Below, piece by piece: positions 18,373 through 26,960 of a stretch of 64,000 nucleotides of DNA. The notes beneath the pieces are model-generated. The model ran no database searches. It saw nothing but the letters and a program-made list of their open reading frames with translations, and had not been told where the DNA came from. How positions within the stretch are numbered: position 1 is the first letter of the stretch; each line of letters begins with the position of its first letter. The stretch spans positions 60,475 to 124,474 of the IMG/VR virus record IMGVR_UViG_3300045988_152007; one strand, 5' to 3'. This stretch comes from a virus. The translations under genes and the position numbers were made by a program.

Positions 18373-18786
18373 TTATTTAATCATCGGGCAAGTGTTCATA
18401 CCATTGTCTTTCATCCAGCGGATAAAATCTTCTGCGGACAATTCTTCTGACAATCTCTTGAAACTCATGTCATAATTCAACGGCTGATACAATGTTTCAC
18501 GTGAAACAGGGAAACAAATTTTTTCGGGTTTGTAGTCTTCGCCTTTCCAGTATCTCATATTTTCGATATGGAATTTTTTGATTCTTCTGTCAAAAGTCCT
18601 ACGCTTGATAGAGCCATTGACATAATTGCTACAAATAGCTACCGCAAGGTCTGTTGTGTTTTTAATTGTCATTGTTTCACGGTCAGGTGGTTCGGAGCAG
18701 TAGACAAGCTGTGTTGACCAATTCAGGATAGGTTCTTGGCCGTCATTCATTTTCATGTAAATGCGTTTCCAGTACAGATTTTTCAT
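18373..18786 (-). CDS. hypothetical protein
   Basis: 137-aa ORF. Confidence 0.45.
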   Translation of the reverse strand: MKNLYWKRIYMKMNDGQEPILNWSTQLVYCSEPPDRETMTIKNTTDLAVAICSNYVNGSIKRRTFDRRIKKFHIENMRYWKGEDYKPEKICFPVSRETLYQPLNYDMSFKRLSEELSAEDFIRWMKDNGMNTCPMIK

Positions 18787-18957
18787 TGTTCATTCTCCTT
18801 TAACCAATCAATAATTTTTTCACCACATTCAATGCAGTCAATGCCTTGGATATCTTCATTATCTCGGCATTTGAACATCAGAGGACAACAAGCACAATCA
18901 TCAAATGTCTCGACCCATTGCTCAATGCAGTATTTAAGTTTTTCGTCAGAAGTCATT
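18784..18957 (-). CDS. small Cys-rich protein (57 aa)
   Basis: MTSDEKLKYCIEQWVETFDDCACCPLMFKCRDNEDIQGIDCIECGEKIIDWLKENEQ. Confidence 0.3.
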
Positions 18958-19076
18958 AGGTATTCCCTCCCTTAACCTTGTACCAATAGTATAACAGGTA
19001 TCGGGAGAAAAGTCAACTGTCATTTTGCACAAAATTTGGGGTAAAAAATTGTGCAATGTGCCAAAAATCTAAAAAT

Positions 19077-19159
19077 CCTCGCGGCTGGACCGTAGCCGCG
19101 AGGCTCAAAAAAATAACACAAGGGACTTATTTTGTTAAGCCCCTTGTGTTATTTTTTTT
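19077..19159. terminator. tandem hairpins; the second is bidirectional with T-runs on both strands
   Basis: cctcgcggctggaccgtagccgcgagg and aacacaaggg...cccttgtgtt, followed by attttttttt. Confidence 0.55.
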
Positions 19160-19607
19160 AATTCTCAATTACAGTGCCAAGGTAGCGAGCAATCATCATC
19201 ACTTCACAGCTCATGTCTTGTGAATCGCAAACTACATAGCCTACGCGGTCACCATCTGCGTCAACCGGGTAAACACCGTAAGTGGCATTGTATTCAAATG
19301 GCTCGTCTTCATCTTCCCATGTCTTCGAGACATAGGACGGAAAGTTTTCCATACCTCGCAATTTTTTATCAGTGTCATAAATTGCAATAGGACGCAAACC
19401 GGAATTTGACGCCATTTTAATAGCAATCTGCAAGGATTCTTCTGCAAATGACCCAAGCGTTGAATACTTCTGAAAACAAACACAGTTATTTTCAATAAAG
19501 ATTTCAAGTGGGTCACCCTCATGAATCCTCAAACTACGGCGAATGTCTTTCGGAATAATTACACGTCCAAGGTCATCAATTCTGCGAACAATGCCAGTTG
19601 CTTTCAT
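19158..19607 (-). CDS. AbrB/SpoVT-type (swapped-hairpin) transcriptional regulator with C-terminal extension
   Basis: N-terminus MKATGIVRRIDDLGRVIIPKDIRRSLRIHEGDPLEIFIE matches the AbrB N-domain. ATG at 19607 after AAAGGAATTGATAAAA. Confidence 0.6.
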   Translation of the reverse strand: MKATGIVRRIDDLGRVIIPKDIRRSLRIHEGDPLEIFIENNCVCFQKYSTLGSFAEESLQIAIKMASNSGLRPIAIYDTDKKLRGMENFPSYVSKTWEDEDEPFEYNATYGVYPVDADGDRVGYVVCDSQDMSCEVMMIARYLGTVIEN

Positions 19608-19637
19608 TTTTATCAATTCCTTTCTTTTGATAGCCCT

Positions 19638-19666
19638 ATTATATCACAATAGGGCTATTTTGTCAA
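19638..19666 (-). promoter_or_regulatory. sigma-A-type promoter TTGACA-17-TGnTATAAT
   Basis: TTGACAaaatagccctattgtgaTATAAT. Confidence 0.5.
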
Positions 19667-20727
19667 GCGTTTTTATTAAAATGTTCAGAAAGATAATTAG
19701 CGTATATTGCTTGGAACTGGAAGCCCAATTCATCAGTTTCCCAATCAACACGATTATTGAAACGTGTCAGATACTGGATGATTTTTCCATCATTATTTAC
19801 TTCGCAAGTGATGTAGGGTTTTTCCGGTTCAGCCTTGTGCCGAATAAAAACAATGTGTGTTTCACGCTTCAATACCTTTGGATAATAGGCACGATAAACA
19901 CAGTTTGACTGATAGTCGGCCTCTGCTTCAAATTCTTTTGCTACCGTTGGCACAAGTACAATAAAATTATTATCTTCAAATGCAAGGTTTGCATTTAACT
20001 GATAGTCTCTGCTTCCTGCTTCAAGAGCAAGGCGTTTTTCCATTTCCATCTGACAAATGGCTAAAAACATATCTTTGTATGTTCTTTCTTTGCCCAATTC
20101 GTTGCAGAGTGTGATATATCTTTCAATGTATTTACTCATAGCATAGAAGCCTTCAAGCAGTTCCCAACATTCATGTTCCATTCGGAACAAAATTTTATCT
20201 GCGTCTTTCAGAATAATTTCATGTACTGCGGGCTTCACATTATTCATCATTCTTAAAATCTGCGGATTGACATTTGAATAACGTACTGCCCGAACAGCAA
20301 CTTCAATTTCATTCCGGCACAGATTTTCAAACTGGCGTTCTTCCAGTGATGCAAGACCTAATTTCAGATATTTAACGCCTTGCTTATCAAGAACATAATG
20401 ATTATAGCTACAGAAATAAGCAATTACACCAAGGATACGCAAATTATATTCTTTGCCGAAGATGCTATAAACAGTTTCTACCATTTCAGTAGACCATTTA
20501 TTAGCATCACTAAAATAAGAGTCATAATCTTTATTTCTTACTACAAAATATCTTGCAAGAAAATTATTATCGGCGTATTCTTTGAGAATCCTTTTTGCTT
20601 CTGGACAAAAATCCTTAACCTTTTTGCCGGTCATACCATAGATACAGCCGTCAGAGAAGTTGAAGCAGGTTGTCTTGCCATTTTCAAGAGTGATGATAAA
20701 CAAGTTCTTATTCTTTTCAATAGTCAT
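19663..20727 (-). CDS. hypothetical protein (354 aa, largest early ORF of unknown function)
   Basis: Long uninterrupted ORF. Its own promoter at 20770-20800 is a copy of the 16036-16064 cassette. Confidence 0.5.
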   Translation of the reverse strand: MTIEKNKNLFIITLENGKTTCFNFSDGCIYGMTGKKVKDFCPEAKRILKEYADNNFLARYFVVRNKDYDSYFSDANKWSTEMVETVYSIFGKEYNLRILGVIAYFCSYNHYVLDKQGVKYLKLGLASLEERQFENLCRNEIEVAVRAVRYSNVNPQILRMMNNVKPAVHEIILKDADKILFRMEHECWELLEGFYAMSKYIERYITLCNELGKERTYKDMFLAICQMEMEKRLALEAGSRDYQLNANLAFEDNNFIVLVPTVAKEFEAEADYQSNCVYRAYYPKVLKRETHIVFIRHKAEPEKPYITCEVNNDGKIIQYLTRFNNRVDWETDELGFQFQAIYANYLSEHFNKNA

Positions 20728-20878
20728 TAGGCTTACCTCTTTCTTATTTTATCTAAACATTTAATTATTATTTCCCTTTGACATTATAGAGTATATCATG
20801 TTTTAGGATTTTTGTCTACTGGCAGAATGCACAAATTTTAGGACAAAAAATTGGTGAAAATGCTGAAAATCTAAAATG

Positions 20879-20905
20879 CCTGCCGCGGCGTTGGTTCGCG
20901 GCAGG
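20879..20905 (-). terminator. rho-independent terminator (ccgcggcgttggNtcgcgg family)
   Basis: cctgccgcggcgttggttcgcggcagg. Confidence 0.5.
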
Positions 20906-20987
20906 CTCAAATGAAAATGTAAATTATTTCCAATAGACAATTAAGAAAAGGGGAATCCAAAATCTGGATTCCCAATTTTTTCAATTC

Positions 20988-21221
20988 TTAAAAAATTTCA
21001 TTTCCTGCCGAAGTATGGACTGTCGCAATGTCATAGCCGCTTTCGCCGATTGTTTCCAGTGCTTTGTCAACTTCTTCCTCGAATTCATCAATGTTATCAT
21101 CGTGATAATCATCCAATTCTTCACAAGTAGGTTCATTGGCCCATCTTTCCATCTTTTTCCACTTATCATCAATTTCTACTATGACAGGAACGCACTTCGT
21201 AATATAAGCTACAACTTTCAT
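20988..21221 (-). CDS. hypothetical acidic protein
   Basis: 77-aa ORF. Confidence 0.4.
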   Translation of the reverse strand: MKVVAYITKCVPVIVEIDDKWKKMERWANEPTCEELDDYHDDNIDEFEEEVDKALETIGESGYDIATVHTSAGNEIF

Positions 21222-21300
21222 TTTTTACCAATCCTTTCAGCCCAAGGCAATCAAAATTTTAATATCTGTTGCTTCTTCAAGTAAAATATCAAGCTGTTCG

Positions 21301-21633
21301 TCATTCATTTGTCGTTTCTTCCTTTTTTACCCAATTGATAATTTTTGTATAAGATTGCAGTCCAAACATCAATTTCTTCATATCCAGAATAAAAAGGTCA
21401 GCATCTCGTTCTGTGCGAAACTCTAATGCATTATTATAATATAATCCTCTTTTATCAACACCTGAATACTTAACAATAATATTTTTAGGAATCATCATTT
21501 TTGTTTCTCCCCTCAAATTTCCAATCAATAGTCTTGATAATTCGGTTAACATCCATTCTATTTTTAATTTTGCCAATAAAGCGGTTAGCTTCTTCTTCTG
21601 TGTCAAAAAGCAGTTCCTCAAAATAGGACACAT
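21301..21633 (-). CDS. hypothetical protein
   Basis: 110-aa ORF. Confidence 0.4.
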   Translation of the reverse strand: MCPILRNCFLTQKKKLTALLAKLKIEWMLTELSRLLIGNLRGETKMMIPKNIIVKYSGVDKRGLYYNNALEFRTERDADLFILDMKKLMFGLQSYTKIINWVKKEETTNE

Positions 21634-21668
21634 TCCAACAATTTACACCAGCATAATAAACTATAATT

Positions 21669-21881
21669 TTAGTCTCCATCATCGTCTCCCCAAATAGCAA
21701 CAGCTAAGGTATAACAATCATAACGTAAATCAGATTGTATCTTGAATAACTTATCGCTCAATTCTTCTGCTTGTGTAAAATCATAAGGATTTGAGATATC
21801 CTTTCTGCTAAGGTACACTTTTCCAGACAATTTTTCAATCTTATTTGCCAAGTCTGTAAGTTCTTTAAGAATATCATTCAT
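21669..21881 (-). CDS. hypothetical protein
   Basis: 70-aa ORF. Confidence 0.4.
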   Translation of the reverse strand: MNDILKELTDLANKIEKLSGKVYLSRKDISNPYDFTQAEELSDKLFKIQSDLRYDCYTLAVAIWGDDDGD

Positions 21882-21905
21882 TTCATTTTCCCCCTATGGG
21901 CTGGA

Positions 21906-22379
21906 TTATTCCAGTCCATTCAAAATTTCTTTCAGCACATCAAGGATGTTTGTGGTCGTGGGGTCGATTGCTCCGCCCAAGTCCCAATCTCTGCGGACTC
22001 TTGCATCATCATCAAAAATCAGGGCTTCTTCATCATCAGCAAGTCTTGCGGCTTCAATCTTATGCTTCGGCGTCCCATAGGCTACACATCGCAAACTGTC
22101 AAATGGAAAACCATATTCTTTCAGCCAAGCTCTCTTTGCTTTTCTGACTTCATCATCATACTGCTTGTTCGGCTCTTTTGACAGCCAAGTGATAACCGCA
22201 ACATTGATACCGCAATTCTGCAAGCTACGGAGTAGACAGGCAAGTTCTGCCATATCAACCAGCGGTTCGGCGGTCTGATAAGGTGTAGGGTCATAGGCTC
22301 GAATCTTATCAAGCCAATCTTCAACCCCATAGAGGTCAACCAGAGTTCCATCAAGATCGAAGCACAATTCCTTAATCAT
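21906..22379 (-). CDS. HAD-superfamily hydrolase, 5'(3')-deoxyribonucleotidase-like
   Basis: Motif I FDLDGTLVD and motif IV LIFDDD. RBS GAGAAAGGAAATGATAAA-ATG. Promoter at 22413..22441. Confidence 0.55.
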   Translation of the reverse strand: MIKELCFDLDGTLVDLYGVEDWLDKIRAYDPTPYQTAEPLVDMAELACLLRSLQNCGINVAVITWLSKEPNKQYDDEVRKAKRAWLKEYGFPFDSLRCVAYGTPKHKIEAARLADDEEALIFDDDARVRRDWDLGGAIDPTTTNILDVLKEILNGLE

Positions 22380-22412
22380 TTTATCATTTCCTTTCTCTTT
22401 TGGAGTATCTTT

Positions 22413-22441
22413 ATTATATCAGATACAAGCGGATTTGTCAA
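22413..22441 (-). promoter_or_regulatory. sigma-A-type promoter TTGACA-17-TATAAT
   Basis: TTGACAaatccgcttgtatctgaTATAAT. Confidence 0.5.
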
Positions 22442-22450
22442 GTGTTTTTT

Positions 22451-22843
22451 TCAAACTAATTTGATATTTTTATAGTTTTCAATAGCCCAAGCACTTGCGA
22501 ATGGCATAATTGACATATCTTTTACACCATTATTTACACTGATTTGGATATTTTTCCCATGGGCATAAGCATACCCGATTTCCCAAGCTGTTCCAGAATC
22601 AGAGTATAGACCATCATATACAGCAAATAGAATATCACATTCTTGAATTGCGGCAACATCCATTTTGAAAACTTCCCTTGCCCAATCTTCCTGCGACATA
22701 TCCCAAGCATTCGGGACAGTATGTTCTTGCGGAACAAATACATCATACCCAAGCCGCCGGAAACCTGCCGCATATGAATCAATTCTTGATTTTGTCTCAG
22801 GGCGGAAGAACGCTCCAGCCATGTAAATTTTCATTTTTATCAT
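22451..22843 (-). CDS. nucleoside 2-deoxyribosyltransferase (NDT)-like protein
   Basis: KIYMAGAFFRPE ... DSGTAWEIGYAYAHGK matches the NDT family. Start moved to ATG 22843 (AAAGGAAAGGAA-ATG), 22 nt downstream of the promoter -10. Confidence 0.6.
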   Translation of the reverse strand: MIKMKIYMAGAFFRPETKSRIDSYAAGFRRLGYDVFVPQEHTVPNAWDMSQEDWAREVFKMDVAAIQECDILFAVYDGLYSDSGTAWEIGYAYAHGKNIQISVNNGVKDMSIMPFASAWAIENYKNIKLV

Positions 22844-22864
22844 TTCCTTTCCTTTTGTATCCTT

Positions 22865-22893
22865 ATTATAGCACAGGGCATACCAGAAGTCAA
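22865..22893 (-). promoter_or_regulatory. sigma-A-type promoter TTGACT-17-TATAAT
   Basis: TTGACTtctggtatgccctgtgcTATAAT. Confidence 0.5.
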
Positions 22894-23001
22894 GCATAAA
22901 ATATTCGTCAAATTACACAAACATTTTGGGAAAATTTTCCAAGGGCTGGGCTGGAAGGATTTGGAAAACTTTTTTACGTTAGCACTTTAACTCGCGAAAT
23001 T

Positions 23002-23028
23002 CCAGCCGCGGCGTTGGATCGCGGCTGG
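23002..23028 (-). terminator. rho-independent terminator (same hairpin family)
   Basis: ccagccgcggcgttggatcgcggctgg. Confidence 0.5.
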
Positions 23029-23211
23029 CTCAAATTCCCCTTCCAAATTATGGGATTGCCAAATTTGCCGCATTTGATTTTTTGACTGGAAAATTATAGA
23101 ATTGAAACAGAAATAAAAATTATTTTTTTTATATAAAAATTATATTATTTTTTTTTATAATTTTCAAAATAGAATTTCCTCCCAAGATATGGGAGGAAAT
23201 TCAAATGGAAA

Positions 23212-23424
23212 TTAGAATTTATCATGCGGAATTTCGGGATAGTCAAGAATTTTTGCAACAAATTCATCGTACTTATCCACCAGCATACAATCTTTTCCAC
23301 AGTGTTTTTGAATATAATGTTCAGCTTCCGAACGACACGAAGCTTCTACAAAAAACAATCGCGGCCAGTCTTTTGTAGGGAGGAAGTTAATTACCAGATA
23401 CTTCCAGGTTTTATATCCTTCCAT
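23212..23424 (-). CDS. hypothetical protein
   Basis: 70-aa ORF. Confidence 0.4.
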   Translation of the reverse strand: MEGYKTWKYLVINFLPTKDWPRLFFVEASCRSEAEHYIQKHCGKDCMLVDKYDEFVAKILDYPEIPHDKF

Positions 23425-23430
23425 TTTTTA

Positions 23431-23658
23431 TCACTCCTTAACATATAATGTAGCATCTACGGCGTAGACTTTTGTATCCTCAGCAAAACAATCAAGTTCT
23501 CCAGTAGATAAATCAATCGAATTGATTTCATCACCGTCATTATCTACGCATTCAGTTTTTATATAAACTGTATCATAGGATGGACATTTGAATACAGTTC
23601 CAATATCCAGAGCTGCGAAGTGGATAACCTGTCTGGGCTTTTCATACTCGATTTTCAT
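23431..23658 (-). CDS. hypothetical protein
   Basis: 75-aa ORF. Confidence 0.4.
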   Translation of the reverse strand: MKIEYEKPRQVIHFAALDIGTVFKCPSYDTVYIKTECVDNDGDEINSIDLSTGELDCFAEDTKVYAVDATLYVKE

Positions 23659-23660
23659 TT

Positions 23661-23984
23661 TTATTTTTCCTTTCTATGTTTGATTAGCTTTTTCGCCATG
23701 TTCTTTTGAATTGCGTCATATACTACTTTCGGCATTTTCATCTGCCCGTTTCGTCTGAAAATTGCAGTTGCTTTGTCCATGTTGACATAATACAAAGTGA
23801 TTAGAAATTCCATCCGGCTATCTGTAATCAAAATCACTCCCGTGCTTGTAATAATCTGCCATTTGTCCTCATATTTGAATTTTGCCACAGGTTCGCCAAG
23901 TCCGGTGTTCATTTGAATTTCAACATATCTGTCCAAGCGGTCTTCCTTGAAATGTTTACTGACTTGCAATTTTGTAATATCCAT
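23661..23984 (-). CDS. hypothetical protein
   Basis: 107 aa. RBS AAGGAGGAAATTAAG-ATG, preceded by a GC stem-loop. Confidence 0.4.
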   Translation of the reverse strand: MDITKLQVSKHFKEDRLDRYVEIQMNTGLGEPVAKFKYEDKWQIITSTGVILITDSRMEFLITLYYVNMDKATAIFRRNGQMKMPKVVYDAIQKNMAKKLIKHRKEK

Positions 23985-24005
23985 CTTAATTTCCTCCTTT
24001 TGGAA

Positions 24006-24023
24006 GAGGGCTTTTTAGCCCTC
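24006..24023 (-). repeat. conserved GC stem-loop GAGGGCTTTTtAGCCCTC immediately 5' of an RBS
   Basis: Related copies at 25585..25604 and 26337..26358. Each sits just upstream of CCAATAGAAAGGA / AAGGAGG and an ATG. Confidence 0.4.
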
Positions 24024-24224
24024 GTTCCTATCATCTTCAATCCAACGGTTCAGAAACTGTTCGCAAGATTCATCCGGATTATCATTAACCGCTTTCTCAC
24101 AAGCCTTTTGGAAAGGACAGGCTTCACAAGAAGGAAGGTGTTTAATAAGTTCAATCAGCATATCCTTATCAAGGACGTTATTTACAAATTCAGACATTTT
24201 CATTTTCATTTCCCCCTTAATCAA
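24015..24224 (-). CDS. hypothetical Cys-containing protein
   Basis: 69-aa ORF. Confidence 0.4.
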   Translation of the reverse strand: MIKGEMKMKMSEFVNNVLDKDMLIELIKHLPSCEACPFQKACEKAVNDNPDESCEQFLNRWIEDDRNEG

Positions 24225-24357
24225 TATAAGTAGACATTAGACAAACCCATTCACGGCTGTTATACTTCGGGCTTCTCTCCCTAGCGTCTGCTAGGGAGTA
24301 GCCATATGCAGTTTCAATTTTTTTTGTGTTGACATTGTACATCTCGAACTCATACAT
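24217..24357 (-). CDS. small hypothetical protein (46 aa)
   Basis: ATG after GAGGAGGG. MYEFEMYNVNTKK... Confidence 0.35.
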   Translation of the reverse strand: MYEFEMYNVNTKKIETAYGYSLADARERSPKYNSREWVCLMSTYID

Positions 24358-24361
24358 GATG

Positions 24362-24544
24362 TTAGCCCTCCTCATCCTCGATGCAACCGCAGACTGTGTA
24401 CCACAGACCCATATACTCGTCATAATTGCGGGCATATGTGTTGCAGAAATCGTTCATAGATTCAGCACTAAAATCATGGTCATTATCAATCCATTCGTTC
24501 AGCAGTTCAGCGATTTTTTCAGTAGTCATTTTTTGTATCTCCAT
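24362..24544 (-). CDS. small hypothetical protein (about 60 aa)
   Basis: MEIQKMTTEKIAELLNEW... The ORF-track N-terminus overlaps the promoter -10 and was trimmed. Confidence 0.35.
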   Translation of the reverse strand: MEIQKMTTEKIAELLNEWIDNDHDFSAESMNDFCNTYARNYDEYMGLWYTVCGCIEDEEG

Positions 24545-24918
24545 TTCATTTTTATCTGTTCCCTTGGAACAATTATATATTACCACACCCTATAGCAAAT
24601 GTCAATAGGAAAGTCAAATTTTTTTATTCGTCAATATGCACAAAGATTCTGGAAATATTTGGTATGGAATTATATACCATAAGCTGGTAGGATATGGGAA
24701 ATGGAATGTAATGTCAAATATGGTAGAATTTGGCTGGAAATATTCGGAATTGATATTAAATGGAAAATGCGGGGCGTGGCGAGCTTGCTGTGGATATATC
24801 AATTTCGCCACGCCCCGGCGAGGCAATTTATTTAATTAAAGTGATAATGAATTAAAGAAGATGATTTGAAAAATGGGCTGGAAACTGTTTCCAATTTCCA
24901 GCCCTTGGAATTTCAGGA

Positions 24919-25236
24919 TCAAACTGCCATATGAGCCAGATTCTGCCATTCATAAATCTTATTTACGCCCATTTCATTTGCAATTTCTCTTGCCTGCCGT
25001 CTGGTGTAGGCGTGTTCAGTGGTGCTGACGTAATATTTTCCATTTTTGAATTGAATACTGCAATTTCCAATCATTCGGTTCAGGGTTCTGGCAATTTCCA
25101 TTGCCTTTTCGGGCTGTTCGCATTCATATGTTGCGATATTCACCTGAAAACCGCCCTTGTACTTTTTGATTTTTCCGTTCTTGATGTTCAGGGTATCGCC
25201 ATCCTGCATTTTCCGAATAGTTCTCACGTTAATCAT
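24919..25236 (-). CDS. small protein, paralog pair member
   Basis: MINVRTIRKMQDGDTLNIKNGKIKKYKGGFQV resembles the N-terminus of 25259..25576. Confidence 0.45.
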   Translation of the reverse strand: MINVRTIRKMQDGDTLNIKNGKIKKYKGGFQVNIATYECEQPEKAMEIARTLNRMIGNCSIQFKNGKYYVSTTEHAYTRRQAREIANEMGVNKIYEWQNLAHMAV

Positions 25237-25258
25237 TTTTTATTTCTCCTCTCAAATA

Positions 25259-25576
25259 TTAAATGTAAAGGCAGGCAGGATTTCCACGCCATCTGTAAAT
25301 TGAAAGCTGATTACATTTCCTGCCAATTTCAACTGCCTCGCGTTTTGTGGACACTCGTTTAGAAATGTCAATGTAGTATCTGCCATTTTCAAGCCAAATG
25401 CCGCATGTGCCTTTGAACTCTCGAACCGCCTGTATTGCCATTTCAGGACTGATGACCTCGACGCCATTAGTAGCTACCTGATAGCCACTCTTGTACCTCT
25501 TGATTTTTCCATTTTTAAGTGTTAGGCCATCGCCGTCAGCCAGTTTCTTGATTGTGCGAATGTTAATCATATCAGA
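25259..25576 (-). CDS. small protein, paralog pair member
   Basis: MINIRTIKKLADGDGLTLKNGKIKRYKSGYQV. The ORF-track N-terminal extension was trimmed to the MINIR start, which has an upstream RBS. Confidence 0.45.
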   Translation of the reverse strand, partial: SDMINIRTIKKLADGDGLTLKNGKIKRYKSGYQVATNGVEVISPEMAIQAVREFKGTCGIWLENGRYYIDISKRVSTKREAVEIGRKCNQLSIYRWRGNPACLYI

Positions 25577-25604
25577 TATTTCCTTTCTATTGGTGGAGGG
25601 CTTT

Positions 25605-25790
25605 TCAGCCCTCCGGTTTATTTTCTTCGTACAGCAGCTCGCCGCGGCTGTATCTCTGGTAGTGGATCTCAAGTAAATCCAAATGGTATTCATAGTAGTC
25701 GGCGTCAATAGGGTCATCGAACGCCTCCTCTATAATCTCCTGAGTATGGTCATTGAACATTTTAATGACTTCGCTATGTTGATTTTTCAT
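25605..25790 (-). CDS. hypothetical acidic protein
   Basis: 61-aa ORF. Confidence 0.4.
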   Translation of the reverse strand: MKNQHSEVIKMFNDHTQEIIEEAFDDPIDADYYEYHLDLLEIHYQRYSRGELLYEENKPEG

Positions 25791-26012
25791 TTTAATCCTC
25801 CATCATCACGAAGAAATTCCAACTACTGTATTCAGGTCTGCCGCCAGCAGGATTATTATGGCGGACCACCTGACAAAATGAAACAGAAATCCAGAGCATA
25901 ATAATTATGCCAGATAATGTTAACGCGAGTTTGAGATTTTTCATTTTGAAATTTTCCTTTCGACTTTTGGATTCATGTGCTCGGTTGAATTGTCAGAAAG
26001 CGGTAGAGGGAC

Positions 26013-26312
26013 TCAAATGTCCCTCACCACTAACGTCAGGTGGTCGGCTGTATGCTCGATTGCCTGTATAATCTGATAGCTTGTGAAATGGTAGGTAGTT
26101 AGCAGACCAGAAGTAAATACCGCAGACCGACTGCCAAACCCTACGATTTCCAGTTCCTGCATGATGTAGAGCTTTTCTTCAAGTTCGCGGTAGAAGGCAG
26201 GCTGCCAAGGGCAGTTGAATGTGCTGGATAATTGCCATTTGCAATAATCAGTTTGAACATTGTTCTTATCAAGAAAACGGATCTCGGCATAGGGATTTCG
26301 TGCAGTTGCCAT
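26013..26312 (-). CDS. hypothetical protein
   Basis: 99 aa. Preceded by a GC stem-loop and CCAATAGAAAGGA RBS. Confidence 0.4.
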   Translation of the reverse strand: MATARNPYAEIRFLDKNNVQTDYCKWQLSSTFNCPWQPAFYRELEEKLYIMQELEIVGFGSRSAVFTSGLLTTYHFTSYQIIQAIEHTADHLTLVVRDI

Positions 26313-26346
26313 ATTGTACCATCCTTTCTATTGGAAGCCAAGGGTT

Positions 26347-26568
26347 TTAACCCTTGGCTCTGTAGGTTTCTTTGCCTTTCTCGAATGTGCTCATGACTTC
26401 ACCAGTCTGCATATCAATGACATCTCTGTCATTCTTTGCCCATATGCTGTAAGCGTGAGCCATACAACGTGCTGCGGTCAGGTTATGGTAGATGGTGCTA
26501 TACTGGCCAGTTGTGTGATTATAGATAGAATACATAATGTTATCCCCTTTCTGTGGTTGGTTGGGCAA
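26347..26568 (-). CDS. hypothetical protein
   Basis: 73-aa ORF. Confidence 0.4.
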   Translation of the reverse strand: MPNQPQKGDNIMYSIYNHTTGQYSTIYHNLTAARCMAHAYSIWAKNDRDVIDMQTGEVMSTFEKGKETYRAKG

Positions 26569-26904
26569 TTAGCCCAACCAAATTTGCTTACTTGTTGCGA
26601 TAGACCAGCGACGCCGACTTGCTGCCAGCCGCTCGACTTCCCACTTGACCCATTCAGAGCAACCGCCTTCGTCCATATCAGCGAAAATATGCTCTACTTC
26701 TTTATGGTCGCTCTTCATAGAGTATTCGGTATAGCTTGCTTCGGCGATCTGCTCAGCGATATAGTCTTTCTGGCCCATCAGCTTATGAAAGGTGGCCTTG
26801 CCATTAGGGTCAGAGAAATTGACCTTGCCCATGGCATTGTTAATGCGGATGATGGTGTTCTGCATAGCTTCCTTACGGATAGCTCTTCTATTGGTTCTGG
26901 TCAT
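26569..26904 (-). CDS. hypothetical protein
   Basis: 111-aa ORF. Confidence 0.4.
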   Translation of the reverse strand: MTRTNRRAIRKEAMQNTIIRINNAMGKVNFSDPNGKATFHKLMGQKDYIAEQIAEASYTEYSMKSDHKEVEHIFADMDEGGCSEWVKWEVERLAASRRRWSIATSKQIWLG

Positions 26905-26960
26905 AATAATTATACCTCCATATATTGTCAGTTGGTTGGTTGGTGGATGGGTGAAGAAGC

